The notes beneath the pieces were generated by a model. The model did not search any database and was not told the DNA's origin. It saw only the letters and a program-made list of their open reading frames with translations. A DNA stretch of 64,000 nucleotides from an uncultured Chromatiaceae bacterium (GTDB taxonomy: Bacteria; Pseudomonadota; Gammaproteobacteria; SZUA-140), in NCBI GenBank assembly GCA_964605155.1, contig CAZSAK010000001.1:150124-214123 (forward strand), read 5' to 3'. A program made the translations under genes and the position numbers. Below are positions 26,290 through 35,469 of the stretch, one piece after another; position 1 is the first letter of the stretch; each line of letters starts with the position of its first letter.

Positions 26290-26356
26290 AGTTAAGATAT
26301 CGGGGAGGTAAATCAAGATGGTGGTGGGATAAAAGAAATGGATGTTCGCTTGCGAT

Positions 26357-27043
26357 CTATTCGATTAATCCGAGTTTGCGTGCATTTTCAACTGCCATTG
26401 TCCGGGTTTTGGCGCCAAGTAGGTTTCTGGCACAAGTTGTATGTGCCTTTACCGTATGGTGCGATACGTCCAATTTGCTGGCAATCTCCTTGTCGGTGAA
26501 ACCGTTTGCAATGAGATGCAAAACTTGCAGTTGCCGGTTTGTCAGCCCGGCCTTTGGCTTATCTTGTGATGTATCGTGTTGCTGAGCTATTTCCAGCAGA
26601 GTTTTGGGTATATAGGTACCACCGGCGAGTACGAGATTGATCGCCTGTACGATGATTTGTGGTGATGTGCTTTTAGGGATAAAACCCGATGCTCCCTTAT
26701 CAATGATCGTTTTCATCAATTCACGCTCTTCGGTGCTGGATATGAAAATGACAGGAGTTGCAGGGAATGAATTTTTTAATCTTGTTAATAATTCGGTGCC
26801 TCTGCAGTTTGGCATATAGTAGTCTATGATAAAGATATTAATGTCGGGGTTATCGGATGCGAGATTCAGGACATCTTCACCATTCGTGGCATCGAGTATT
26901 TCTGTATTCATGAAATTGTTGTGTATGACCATCTTTATGCCATCACGAACCATAAAATGGTCATCCGCTAAGAGGATTTTGATTTTTGTATCCTTGTCCG
27001 GCGAGGGTCGTTCATTACTGACGGGTTGTATGTTCATCGTCAT
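26357..27043 (-). CDS. NarL/FixJ(LuxR)-family response regulator
   Basis: Receiver domain (LLADDH, IFIIDYYMP, GFIPKS) plus a GerE-type HTH (LTNRQLQVLHLIANGFTDKEIASKLDVSHHTVKAH). AAGGAA lies 8 nt upstream of the ATG at 27043. Confidence 0.88.
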   Translation of the reverse strand: MTMNIQPVSNERPSPDKDTKIKILLADDHFMVRDGIKMVIHNNFMNTEILDATNGEDVLNLASDNPDINIFIIDYYMPNCRGTELLTRLKNSFPATPVIFISSTEERELMKTIIDKGASGFIPKSTSPQIIVQAINLVLAGGTYIPKTLLEIAQQHDTSQDKPKAGLTNRQLQVLHLIANGFTDKEIASKLDVSHHTVKAHTTCARNLLGAKTRTMAVENARKLGLIE

Positions 27044-27422
27044 ATCGGGATTCCTTTCTTGGGGGCGCATTGAGAGTTTTATGGATTGCGTCACAGTAAA
27101 CATCTATTGCATTACGTAATTCCGCCATGATGTGGCTCGGATTATCAATGAACGTATTATCATTCCTGGAGCGTAGAGTGTCGCAAATATCATGTAGGCT
27201 CCTGGCTCCTGCAACGCCTGCAATTCCTTTCAAGGTATGTATATCCGAGCGCCAGGCTCCAAGATCATTATCGTCTATGGAGAGTTCGATTTTTTTTAAC
27301 AGGTCCAGGGATGCATGTTGGAAATTATCCGCAAGGGTTTGAAGATGGTCCCCATTATGGTCCATCAGCAGATAATCATTAATGGTAGAGGTGAATAGGA
27401 TATCGCTATTCATGGTTACCAT
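27015..27422 (-). CDS. Stand-alone Hpt phosphotransfer protein
   Basis: 135 aa. The HTLKGIAGVAGA motif (HxxKG) sits in a helical protein. The 3' end overlaps the response-regulator start by about 29 nt. Confidence 0.75.
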   Translation of the reverse strand: MVTMNSDILFTSTINDYLLMDHNGDHLQTLADNFQHASLDLLKKIELSIDDNDLGAWRSDIHTLKGIAGVAGARSLHDICDTLRSRNDNTFIDNPSHIMAELRNAIDVYCDAIHKTLNAPPRKESRYDDEHTTRQ

Positions 27423-27556
27423 ACAGTTTTACGTTTATAACGAAGGGAATTTGTGTTGATTGTTATTTTATTTCATATATACAAATCCCTTATCAAATAA
27501 TATATATTATTATATAAACAATATCACGTTATAACTAGAATTTAATTTAAGTGATC

Positions 27557-27574
27557 AATTGCCGGGAGGCAATT
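27557..27574 (+). promoter_or_regulatory. 5'-leader hairpin AATTGCC-[GGGA]-GGCAATT upstream of the TonB-dependent receptor gene
   Basis: Perfect 7-bp stem with a GGGA tetraloop, about 50 nt before the ATG. The Shine-Dalgarno region itself reads AGGGAGGGA. Confidence 0.3.
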
Positions 27575-27622
27575 AAACAATACAGATTCAGTCAGGTATA
27601 TGAATCTCTATAGGGAGGGATC

Positions 27623-29704
27623 ATGTGCTTCTTTCGTATCGGGACCGCGCTTTCCTTATGCGCGGTCCTTATAAGTAGCGTATGCGCTTCTGAAACAGGG
27701 GATCAGCAGCAGGATTCGCCAGAATTCTTATTTCCCGGTGTTACCTATGCATCTATCGCCACCGAGACGGAAAAGCCCACCTCCGAAGCACCGGCCGTTA
27801 TCAGTGTCATCACTGCAGAAGACCTCCACAATCACGGTATCACCTCGATTGAACAGGCACTGGAAGAAGTGCCGGGTGTTTATAGTCCATACCGGTTTTT
27901 AACAGGGAATTTCGTGTTCAGAGGTGTTCGCTCACAGATTTCAACTAATCCCGAGATTTTGCTGTTGGTAGATGGTATCCCGCATATTGAAGTTTTTGAT
28001 GGAGTCAACCAGTTATATATCACACGAATCCCTATTGCCAATATACAACGCATAGAAATCATTCGCGGACCAGGATCAGCAGTTTATGGCGCCGATGCCT
28101 TTGCGGGTGTGATCAATGTTATTACTAAGACATATAAAGATTATCATGGTGATGAGTTTCGTGGGAGAGCAGGATCCTATGATACACAGGAAGCTGATGC
28201 GATATTAAAGGGGAACCTTGATAATATAGGCACATTACTATCGGTACAGGCAAGAACAACTGATGGACATAGGCCATTGATAACAGCAGATGCCCAAACA
28301 TTTTTTGATACTCAATTTGGAACTAATTCATCGTTAGCGCCGGATAAGGCGAATACTTATTTTAAAGAGGTAAACGCCATTCTTGAATTGTTTAGTGAGA
28401 ACTGGCGAATAAGATTTCAGGCACGATCCCACAAGCTTGGATTAGGTGTCAGTTTTAATAATGCTTTGTCAGATACAGGTGACGGTTTTGCAGACACCTA
28501 TACCTTGGATTATTTTTATGATAATTCTGATTTGTTGAAAGAATGGATTTTTAAAATCAAGATCGGTGCTCTATATACTCGATCAGGGCAGGATAAACCT
28601 TTGCTACCACCTGGTGCGGTCAATGGTACATTTCCAGATGGAGTAATTCAGGAATTTGAGCAAGTATTTCGTCATAATTCAATAGATATCAAGGGATTTT
28701 ACAAAGGTAGCAGTCAGCATGAATTGATTGTAGGTGCTGGGGCATATTATGGGGGTAATGATGATATTCATGAGAAAATTAATTTTAGCATTCTTCCGGG
28801 TAATGTAGTTATTCCTATTGGGTCGCTTATGAATGTTGCATCTGATCAAACATTTATCCCTGAAAAAACACGCCGTATAAAATATATCAATTTCAATGAT
28901 GATTGGAATTTGGTGCGTGATACTATTTTAAGTTATGGAGCACGCTACGATGATTATAGTGATATTGGAGGAACTTTTAATCCACGTATAGCACTAATCT
29001 GGTTAACAACACAGGAATTAACAACAAAATTAATTGCTAATCGCGCATTTCGTGCCCCAACGTTTGTCGAATTATACTCACGCAATAATTCCTTTCAACA
29101 AGGAAATCCTGATCTTGATCCATCTATAATTGAAACATTAGAAATCGCCTTAGAAAAGCGTATGTTTAATAATGGCGCCTTGAATCTCAGTATCAGTCAT
29201 CACAGAATTACGGATTTTATCGAGACTATTCAAACTGCGAGTGGTCAACTAGTCTCGATGAATAGCAGTAGCGATATCACGGGAAATGCCTTTGAACTTG
29301 AAGCAATTTTGCCATTAGCTAAAGATATAACTCTAAAAAGTTCTTATTCATATCAACGAAATATGCGTGATGGGCGGGAGATCTATAATGCTGCGTCACA
29401 TCATAAGGTCTATGCTGGTCTTGATTGGCAATTCAAGAACAACTGGAGTCTCTATACTAATGTTTTGTTCGTCCGTGATTTTACGCGTGATATAAATGAT
29501 CCACGGGATGATCTGGGTAGTAGCACTTTTGTTGGTACTGTCCTGCAATATTCTTCCCCTACAAATAGATGGGATTCGTATCTGTCAATCCGAAATATAT
29601 TTGATGAGGTGGCAGTGTCTCCCAGTGACGATTACAGGTTCCTTCCCAACGATTATCCCTTGCCAGGCACGCATTTCATCTTCGAAGTGCGGTATCGGAT
29701 GTAA
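27623..29704 (+). CDS. TonB-dependent outer-membrane receptor
   Basis: Signal peptide. Plug signature APAVISVITAEDL..HGITSIEQALEEVPGV and IEIIRGPGSAVYGADAFAGVINVITK. Long beta-barrel. Low GC. Confidence 0.88.
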   Translation: MCFFRIGTALSLCAVLISSVCASETGDQQQDSPEFLFPGVTYASIATETEKPTSEAPAVISVITAEDLHNHGITSIEQALEEVPGVYSPYRFLTGNFVFRGVRSQISTNPEILLLVDGIPHIEVFDGVNQLYITRIPIANIQRIEIIRGPGSAVYGADAFAGVINVITKTYKDYHGDEFRGRAGSYDTQEADAILKGNLDNIGTLLSVQARTTDGHRPLITADAQTFFDTQFGTNSSLAPDKANTYFKEVNAILELFSENWRIRFQARSHKLGLGVSFNNALSDTGDGFADTYTLDYFYDNSDLLKEWIFKIKIGALYTRSGQDKPLLPPGAVNGTFPDGVIQEFEQVFRHNSIDIKGFYKGSSQHELIVGAGAYYGGNDDIHEKINFSILPGNVVIPIGSLMNVASDQTFIPEKTRRIKYINFNDDWNLVRDTILSYGARYDDYSDIGGTFNPRIALIWLTTQELTTKLIANRAFRAPTFVELYSRNNSFQQGNPDLDPSIIETLEIALEKRMFNNGALNLSISHHRITDFIETIQTASGQLVSMNSSSDITGNAFELEAILPLAKDITLKSSYSYQRNMRDGREIYNAASHHKVYAGLDWQFKNNWSLYTNVLFVRDFTRDINDPRDDLGSSTFVGTVLQYSSPTNRWDSYLSIRNIFDEVAVSPSDDYRFLPNDYPLPGTHFIFEVRYRM

Positions 29705-29952
29705 CCAGAACTGTTGTAAGTATAATAAAAATAGCTTGGCACACAGTATACACAGTGGAACGACAGTATCTCTTTAATTGTTCATCCCTGAAGAGAATTA
29801 TTTTTTCTCGATTCTTGTATAGCAATTCTTACATAAGAAAATTAATCCCTGATTCTTTGTTGCTGCTGATCTGTAATAACGTCAAGGGTCGTTTCACTGT
29901 TTGGGAAGAAACAATCCTGATAAAGGTCACGTCATTCAGTAGGCATCTAGGG

Positions 29953-30885
29953 TTGATCAGGAATGTAGTTATATCATTTCTATTAATGATATTGTTTGTC
30001 AATCCTGTCATAGCCGGGAACCCGGTTACCGTAATATATCCTGTTTATCATACTGATACCGATCGGATCATAGTTGAAATACGTGGAGGTATTCGTAGTC
30101 AACAAGCAAGTAATATAAACGAAATAGCCTATGATCCACTGCAGGGCACCAAAGAATTGCGAGATAAGATCGCGATACTGTCCGATAAGGATATTGTAAT
30201 TACATTGACCAATGAGATGGAAAGAGTTGTTCGCGCATCAGGATTCAGTGGCCAGTTGATAGATGGTGTCTCTGTTGACCTCACAAAAAAGGATTCTACT
30301 GTCAATATCGGTATCCAGCCATCGCCATATACATATGTTGAAATATTAAAAAAGCTGAGTCCTCAAGTAAAAAGACTGATTTATTTTTCTCCCTTATCCG
30401 GTGATACCTTAATCAAGGGAGGCTCGTTCCAGGTGTCTGGTAACAATCATATTGATATACATCATATATCTGTAGATGGCATTAATGCTGCAATGCATGA
30501 GGTCAATGATATCCTTTCCCACGCCGATCCTACAACAACAGCTCTCTGGTTGCCAAGCCGGGTGTTATCCATGTCCAACAACACTGTGCTCAGATACGTG
30601 TTGCAAGAGGCATGGAAGAGATCTTTTATTGTTTTTACAGATTCCCTCGATGCAGTGTTACGGGGATTATTGTTTACCCTGATCCCAGACTACCATGCCT
30701 ATGGCGAGTACCTTGGGCAGAAGGCAACGGATATCGCATCAGGTGAAAAATATCCTGTATCGGACTCGATAAGATACTTTAATGATGTTTACCTGATGCT
30801 CAATCAGAGATTCGCGATCCATCTGGGAGTTAATGCCAATCGTTCGGTATTCGATAAATACAGGATTGTGGTGCCGGCAAAATGA
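29953..30885 (+). CDS. Periplasmic ABC-substrate-binding-like protein (PF04392-like architecture)
   Basis: Signal peptide IRNVVISFLLMILFVNPVIAG. LKKLSPQVKRLIYFSP and ALWLPSRV...RSFIVFTDSLDAVLRGLLFTLIPDYHAYGEYLG...IASGEKYPVSD resemble that family from memory. No transporter genes are adjacent. The start is uncertain: the ORF is open from GTG 29755, and I chose TTG 29953. Confidence 0.5.
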   Translation: MIRNVVISFLLMILFVNPVIAGNPVTVIYPVYHTDTDRIIVEIRGGIRSQQASNINEIAYDPLQGTKELRDKIAILSDKDIVITLTNEMERVVRASGFSGQLIDGVSVDLTKKDSTVNIGIQPSPYTYVEILKKLSPQVKRLIYFSPLSGDTLIKGGSFQVSGNNHIDIHHISVDGINAAMHEVNDILSHADPTTTALWLPSRVLSMSNNTVLRYVLQEAWKRSFIVFTDSLDAVLRGLLFTLIPDYHAYGEYLGQKATDIASGEKYPVSDSIRYFNDVYLMLNQRFAIHLGVNANRSVFDKYRIVVPAK

Positions 30886-32819
30886 TAAATAATCAGAAAG
30901 CCGTTAACTCGATCTGGCAATATTTTACATCATCACATGGCGTGATACTACTGACCTACACGTTGGGTTTTGCCGTACTTGCCCTGCTTACTGCAATAAT
31001 CATCTCCTATATAAGCACAAAGGAGGCGGAGAGTGTTTTTATTGATGAAGGTAGGGGCTTTGTTAAGCTTGCGGCACAGTCCGCTGTTGTTCCGCTTCTC
31101 ACAGGGTCTGCTGAAAACAGTAATGACTTTCTCAATCCGCTGCTTTCTTATCAGAACGTTTCCCATATTAGTATTTATGATAGAGAAAATAATGCGTTTT
31201 TTACCGGGGGCAAGATACCGGCATGGACACCAGAGCGTGATATCTTAAAACATATCAAGCATGCACGGTTAATTCACGAAGATAATGACCACTGGTATTT
31301 TGCGGCGCCAGTTGTGACTGAAGGAAAGGATAGATCGTGGATAGGTTATGTATTTATGGATATAACGAAACAAACTGTCAATACGCTTGGCAGTAATATA
31401 CTTACATACACGATCTGGATCTGCGGGATAGCGGCTTTAATTCTATGGTTAATGCTCTATCTCGTCCTTAGACGTGTTACCTTACCGATCAGGAAGATCG
31501 CTGGATTGATGGATCTGTCCAGGGGGGTCAAACAGCATTACCCTGTTCCAAAACACATACCTTCCGATGTCAAGACAATCTACAGTTCATTCAATAATAT
31601 GCTTGACCAGATTAAATCACGGGACAAGGCACTCAAGGAGCATGTCAGTAATATGGAACATATTGTTGAGGTAAAAACACGTGACCTCACCGAGAAGAAT
31701 ATACAGTTGGAAGATGCACATAACAAGGCGGTTGCAGCCGGTCATGCAAAAGACCTGTTTGTTGCAAACGTCAGTCATGAGCTACGCACCCCGATTCAGG
31801 CAATCCTGGGTAATTGCGAACTGTTGGGAGATAAGTACCAGGACAAGGAACTGGCCAAGATCGTGGTATCTGCCAATCAACTGCTGAATCTCGTTAATAA
31901 TATCCTTGATCTGTCCAAGATCGAAAATGACAAGCTGCACGTCAGACCAAGAACCTTGCTGGTGCGGGACATCATGACCCAGATAGCGGAAGCTATCGCG
32001 CCGGTCATCGAGGTCAACAATAACTCATTTGAAATTGATATTGACGAAAATGTATATGAAGTAACAACTGACCCTGAGATGATCGCGCAAATCATCAACA
32101 ATCTTCTTAGCAATGCAGGCCGTTATACAAATAATGGCCATGTAACCTTCAGGGTTTCAAAAAAATGCAAGCATAATATTGACTTCATATATTTCGAGGT
32201 CATTGATAACGGGATCGGAATTGCAAAAGACAAACTCGGCAGGATTTTTCAGCCCTTTGAACAGGTGGACATGAGCAAAACACGTCTGTATGGCGGTACG
32301 GGACTGGGGCTTGCGATCTCGAAACGTCTGGCAAAGCTGTTGGGTGGAGAGATTACCGTACAAAGCGAACCCGAGAAAGGCTCAACCTTTAGTCTTTGTA
32401 TACCCGAAGGTGAGCCAATGAATGAAACATTCAAGGCGCATGATCAGCGAACAATCGAGCATGTGACTTATAAAATATTGCTGGCCGAGGATCATCCATT
32501 TATCAGTGATGCGGTGAAGCAATTACTGGAGGGAGATGGGCATGAGGTAAAAGTAGCAATAAACGGGACTCAGGCGCTTGAGTTACTGCAAAATGATTCC
32601 TTTGAGATAGCATTAATCGATGTACATATGCCGGAACTCGATGGAATCGAGGTGATCAGAAAATTTCAGGCATCTAGACCAGATGCCGAAATAAAGCTAT
32701 TCCTGCTCACAGCGGATGTGACCGAAGCCCTGCGCCAGCAGGCCGAACAGCTGGGTATAAAGATCATCCAGAAACCTTTCAGCCGTGCACAGCTTGCCGC
32801 ACAGTTGATTGATAACTGA
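30882..32819 (+). CDS. Hybrid sensor histidine kinase (periplasmic domain-TM-HAMP-HisKA-HATPase-REC)
   Basis: Two TM helices flank a periplasmic region of about 140 aa. H-box FVANVSHELRTPIQAILG. N/G boxes NLLSNAGRYT, DNGIGI, GGTGLGLAISKRL. C-terminal receiver (ILLAEDH..., ALIDVHMPELDG, QKPF). The ATG overlaps the preceding stop (ATGA). Confidence 0.88.
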   Translation: MINNQKAVNSIWQYFTSSHGVILLTYTLGFAVLALLTAIIISYISTKEAESVFIDEGRGFVKLAAQSAVVPLLTGSAENSNDFLNPLLSYQNVSHISIYDRENNAFFTGGKIPAWTPERDILKHIKHARLIHEDNDHWYFAAPVVTEGKDRSWIGYVFMDITKQTVNTLGSNILTYTIWICGIAALILWLMLYLVLRRVTLPIRKIAGLMDLSRGVKQHYPVPKHIPSDVKTIYSSFNNMLDQIKSRDKALKEHVSNMEHIVEVKTRDLTEKNIQLEDAHNKAVAAGHAKDLFVANVSHELRTPIQAILGNCELLGDKYQDKELAKIVVSANQLLNLVNNILDLSKIENDKLHVRPRTLLVRDIMTQIAEAIAPVIEVNNNSFEIDIDENVYEVTTDPEMIAQIINNLLSNAGRYTNNGHVTFRVSKKCKHNIDFIYFEVIDNGIGIAKDKLGRIFQPFEQVDMSKTRLYGGTGLGLAISKRLAKLLGGEITVQSEPEKGSTFSLCIPEGEPMNETFKAHDQRTIEHVTYKILLAEDHPFISDAVKQLLEGDGHEVKVAINGTQALELLQNDSFEIALIDVHMPELDGIEVIRKFQASRPDAEIKLFLLTADVTEALRQQAEQLGIKIIQKPFSRAQLAAQLIDN

Positions 32820-32839
32820 TCCAGTTATTTGATTGTGAA

Positions 32840-33835
32840 TCATGGTGTGAAATTGAAATCGCCGCGTATCAGAATAACCGTGATCAGAACAGCAAGGGTG
32901 ATCACCCAGATAACGATATAGGTCGCGATGGACTGGCGGGCCTTTCTTTTTTCTAACCAGGTGCGTGGCCTGACGCCCTTGGCGAGCAAGACCAGTTTGG
33001 CGGACAGGTTGACGCAAACGATATTCACGGCCAGCAGCAGGCCCGAGCCGCCCATCAGATTGAAATGACCCTGACCGAGCATCAGGCCCATCGTCGCCGC
33101 AGGGGGTAACAATGCGACCGCGACCATCACACCGACCAGCACACTGGGCAAGCCCGTGGTGAGTGACAACACCGCCGCGGCACCTGACGCCAGTGCCAGT
33201 ACCACACCATCGAGACCGACGTCGGTGCGTGCCATGAGTTCATGGCTGGTAAAATCACCGGGCCAGAAATAGCCGATCGTAGCGGTGACGGCAATCGCAA
33301 ATACCAGTCCCGCCAGATTGGATTGCAGGGATTTCCACATCAGTTCGGTATCACCCAGCGCCGTGGCCAGTGCTAGGGCGATGTTGGGTCCCAACAGCGG
33401 TGCGATGACCATGGCCCCGATGATGACGGCGACATTGTCTTCAATGAGACCAATGGCTGCGACGATGGTGGAAAGGAACACCAGTAACAGAAAATTACCG
33501 TCCAGGCGGCTGTCCTTCTCGATACTGTTATACAGTTCTTCGCGTGTTGTGGTGGGGGTTTTCTTTTCGGGTGATTCCTCTTTTTCCTCCTGCTTACGCG
33601 GCAGGGTCACCTCCAGCGGGATGACATTGATCCGGGTCTTGTCGCTAGCACCCAGGGCGCTCTGCAGGGCGTCGAGCACGTCCTGGCGCTTTTCCGGAGA
33701 CACGATCATGCGAATGATCTGGCGGCCGTCCTCACTCGGGGGGCTGGTCCAGACATCCTCGCAGTCGTGTTGTTCGGCGATGCCGGAGACGGTATCGACG
33801 TAACCGCTGTCGGCGATGACTTCGATGATCTTCAC
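32840..33835 (-). CDS. TIGR00341/DUF389-family membrane protein
   Basis: Soluble N-terminal domain MKIIEVIADSGYVDTV...IRMIV..EKRQDVLDALQ, then glycine-rich TM helices typical of DUF389. Confidence 0.65.
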   Translation of the reverse strand: MKIIEVIADSGYVDTVSGIAEQHDCEDVWTSPPSEDGRQIIRMIVSPEKRQDVLDALQSALGASDKTRINVIPLEVTLPRKQEEKEESPEKKTPTTTREELYNSIEKDSRLDGNFLLLVFLSTIVAAIGLIEDNVAVIIGAMVIAPLLGPNIALALATALGDTELMWKSLQSNLAGLVFAIAVTATIGYFWPGDFTSHELMARTDVGLDGVVLALASGAAAVLSLTTGLPSVLVGVMVAVALLPPAATMGLMLGQGHFNLMGGSGLLLAVNIVCVNLSAKLVLLAKGVRPRTWLEKRKARQSIATYIVIWVITLAVLITVILIRGDFNFTP

Positions 33836-35469
33836 CGCTTCTCCTCGATAAAGCCAAGGCTGGGCGTAAAGGCACGCGGTGACCAGGGATCTTGCATCGG
33901 TGTTTCCGTCGATGCCGCATGGATCTTTTTCACTGCATTCCTGATGAGAGCTTGTAACTCATCGTCGTTGTCCGGTTTGTTACGGCTATAGAGTAATGTC
34001 TGTACGGCCCGAACGGCACGACGGACATCGTCATCCTGTCCGTGGCGTCCTTCCCACTGATTGAGCCCCTCTTCCAGCGTGCGTGATCCGAATGCATCGA
34101 GCAATGACGTCTTCAGGGGATGTTGATCCGTATGGACAGTTCGTGACGTGTGTTTCGTCGGTGAGGCATCGCTCTTGCGTTTTTGTGTATGCCACCACAA
34201 GCCGAGGGTAACCAACCAGAGGGTGACGGCAGTCATGCTGATTACCTGCCATATCGTGATGGCTGGATGTGCCTCGGGCTCTTCAGGGACCGACCGTGCC
34301 GAGACCGGCAGACCAGGGATCGTTGTCGCATTATCTGTCGTGCGTGGCGCCGGTTTCACGGAGAATGCCCGGCTCTCCAGTGTCGCGATGTCCATCGTAC
34401 CCCGATCCGGATCGAAGTAGGGGATGCGGATTGCCGGCAAGCTGAAGTCACCCGCCGACAGGGGAATGATATAGTTTCGATAGGTTGCGACACCCATGAC
34501 CGGTGCGGATGACTGATCGATGGTGCGCTGTGTCGCATCACTATACATTTTAATTGTGTCCGGCATGTCCAATGCAGGCAGCTCTTCGGGAAATGCTGCA
34601 GGACTCACCGGGGCACGGATCGTGATGGTCCAGGGCGTTGCGTGATTGACCTGAAGGGGTTCGCTGAATGATGTTTGATTGAGTATCGGCCTGCCGACCA
34701 TGGCAAGTGGCGGTATGTCATCCGGCAGTGCCCTGACCTTGATATGCTGTTTCTCGAACGGCAGGCGGATCCTGCGGCCGTCACCGGTCTCGATCCATAT
34801 ATCGGGCAGATAGAGTGTGTAGTCGCGGCTTAACAACGGGGTGATGGCCCATGCCGTGCGTACGACGTTATAGGTGACGCCGCCAACCCGTTCCTCGCGT
34901 TGTGTCTGCTCCAGCTTGTGCAGTTCCAGTTGCAGTGGCTCGGTATCGATATTGCCGCCGAGTTTTGCGGACTTGAGTTCGATGCGATGATACAGGTCGA
35001 GATAGGCAATGATCTGTTCACGTTGCCATGCGCTGTCGTTGGTGACACCGCTGCGGGCAAAGATCTCTGGGTTTGTTTCGGCACTGCCCTTGTGTACCCG
35101 TAAATGTATTGGTTCCGACGACACCCCGTCGACGGTGAATGCAGGGATGATGAACTCGCCGGCCCGCTTGGGAAACAGCTCGACCGTGATTTCCGAGGTC
35201 GATCGGCCGTGGTTGCGCGAGATATTGAAACGATGTTCTTCGCGCGGCACGCCCAGCTCAAAATCGTCTGTCAGCAAGGTCAGGTCGACATTGGGTGAAA
35301 TCCCCTGGGCGCGCAGGCGCGTATCGCTGTTGACCAGGGACAATGTCACCACCACATATTCGTCATGCATGACCTCTTTCCTGTCCACCATCGCGGTCAA
35401 GGTTGCCGCCACCGACCAGGAACTGCTCAGCAGGCAGGCGATGAGCAGCAAGCTGCGACGGCCTACCAT
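33832..35469 (-). CDS. BatD-like protein (aerotolerance-operon type)
   Basis: Signal peptide, a large periplasmic beta-rich region and a C-terminal TM helix. Position as the last gene of a MoxR-DUF58-VWA operon. Start and stop overlaps on both sides. Confidence 0.6.
   Translation of the reverse strand: MVGRRSLLLIACLLSSSWSVAATLTAMVDRKEVMHDEYVVVTLSLVNSDTRLRAQGISPNVDLTLLTDDFELGVPREEHRFNISRNHGRSTSEITVELFPKRAGEFIIPAFTVDGVSSEPIHLRVHKGSAETNPEIFARSGVTNDSAWQREQIIAYLDLYHRIELKSAKLGGNIDTEPLQLELHKLEQTQREERVGGVTYNVVRTAWAITPLLSRDYTLYLPDIWIETGDGRRIRLPFEKQHIKVRALPDDIPPLAMVGRPILNQTSFSEPLQVNHATPWTITIRAPVSPAAFPEELPALDMPDTIKMYSDATQRTIDQSSAPVMGVATYRNYIIPLSAGDFSLPAIRIPYFDPDRGTMDIATLESRAFSVKPAPRTTDNATTIPGLPVSARSVPEEPEAHPAITIWQVISMTAVTLWLVTLGLWWHTQKRKSDASPTKHTSRTVHTDQHPLKTSLLDAFGSRTLEEGLNQWEGRHGQDDDVRRAVRAVQTLLYSRNKPDNDDELQALIRNAVKKIHAASTETPMQDPWSPRAFTPSLGFIEEKR

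Noticed and set aside
25932-26340. Mini-ORFs through the sRNA terminators (MNTMFTAAFIAAVF and MSWPPLPEAAVFLVKISGR)
   Set aside because: The GGGAGG elements are 19-28 nt from these ATGs, too far to act as SD sequences. The two peptides are not homologous although the RNA boxes are. Their sequences are dictated by the terminator stems.
27423-27622. Cobalamin riboswitch or Fur box upstream of the TonB-dependent receptor
   Set aside because: There is no B12-box-like GCCACTG core and no GC-rich riboswitch helices in this almost pure AT leader. The AT palindrome shares only generic ATAAT/ATTAT halves with the Fur consensus.
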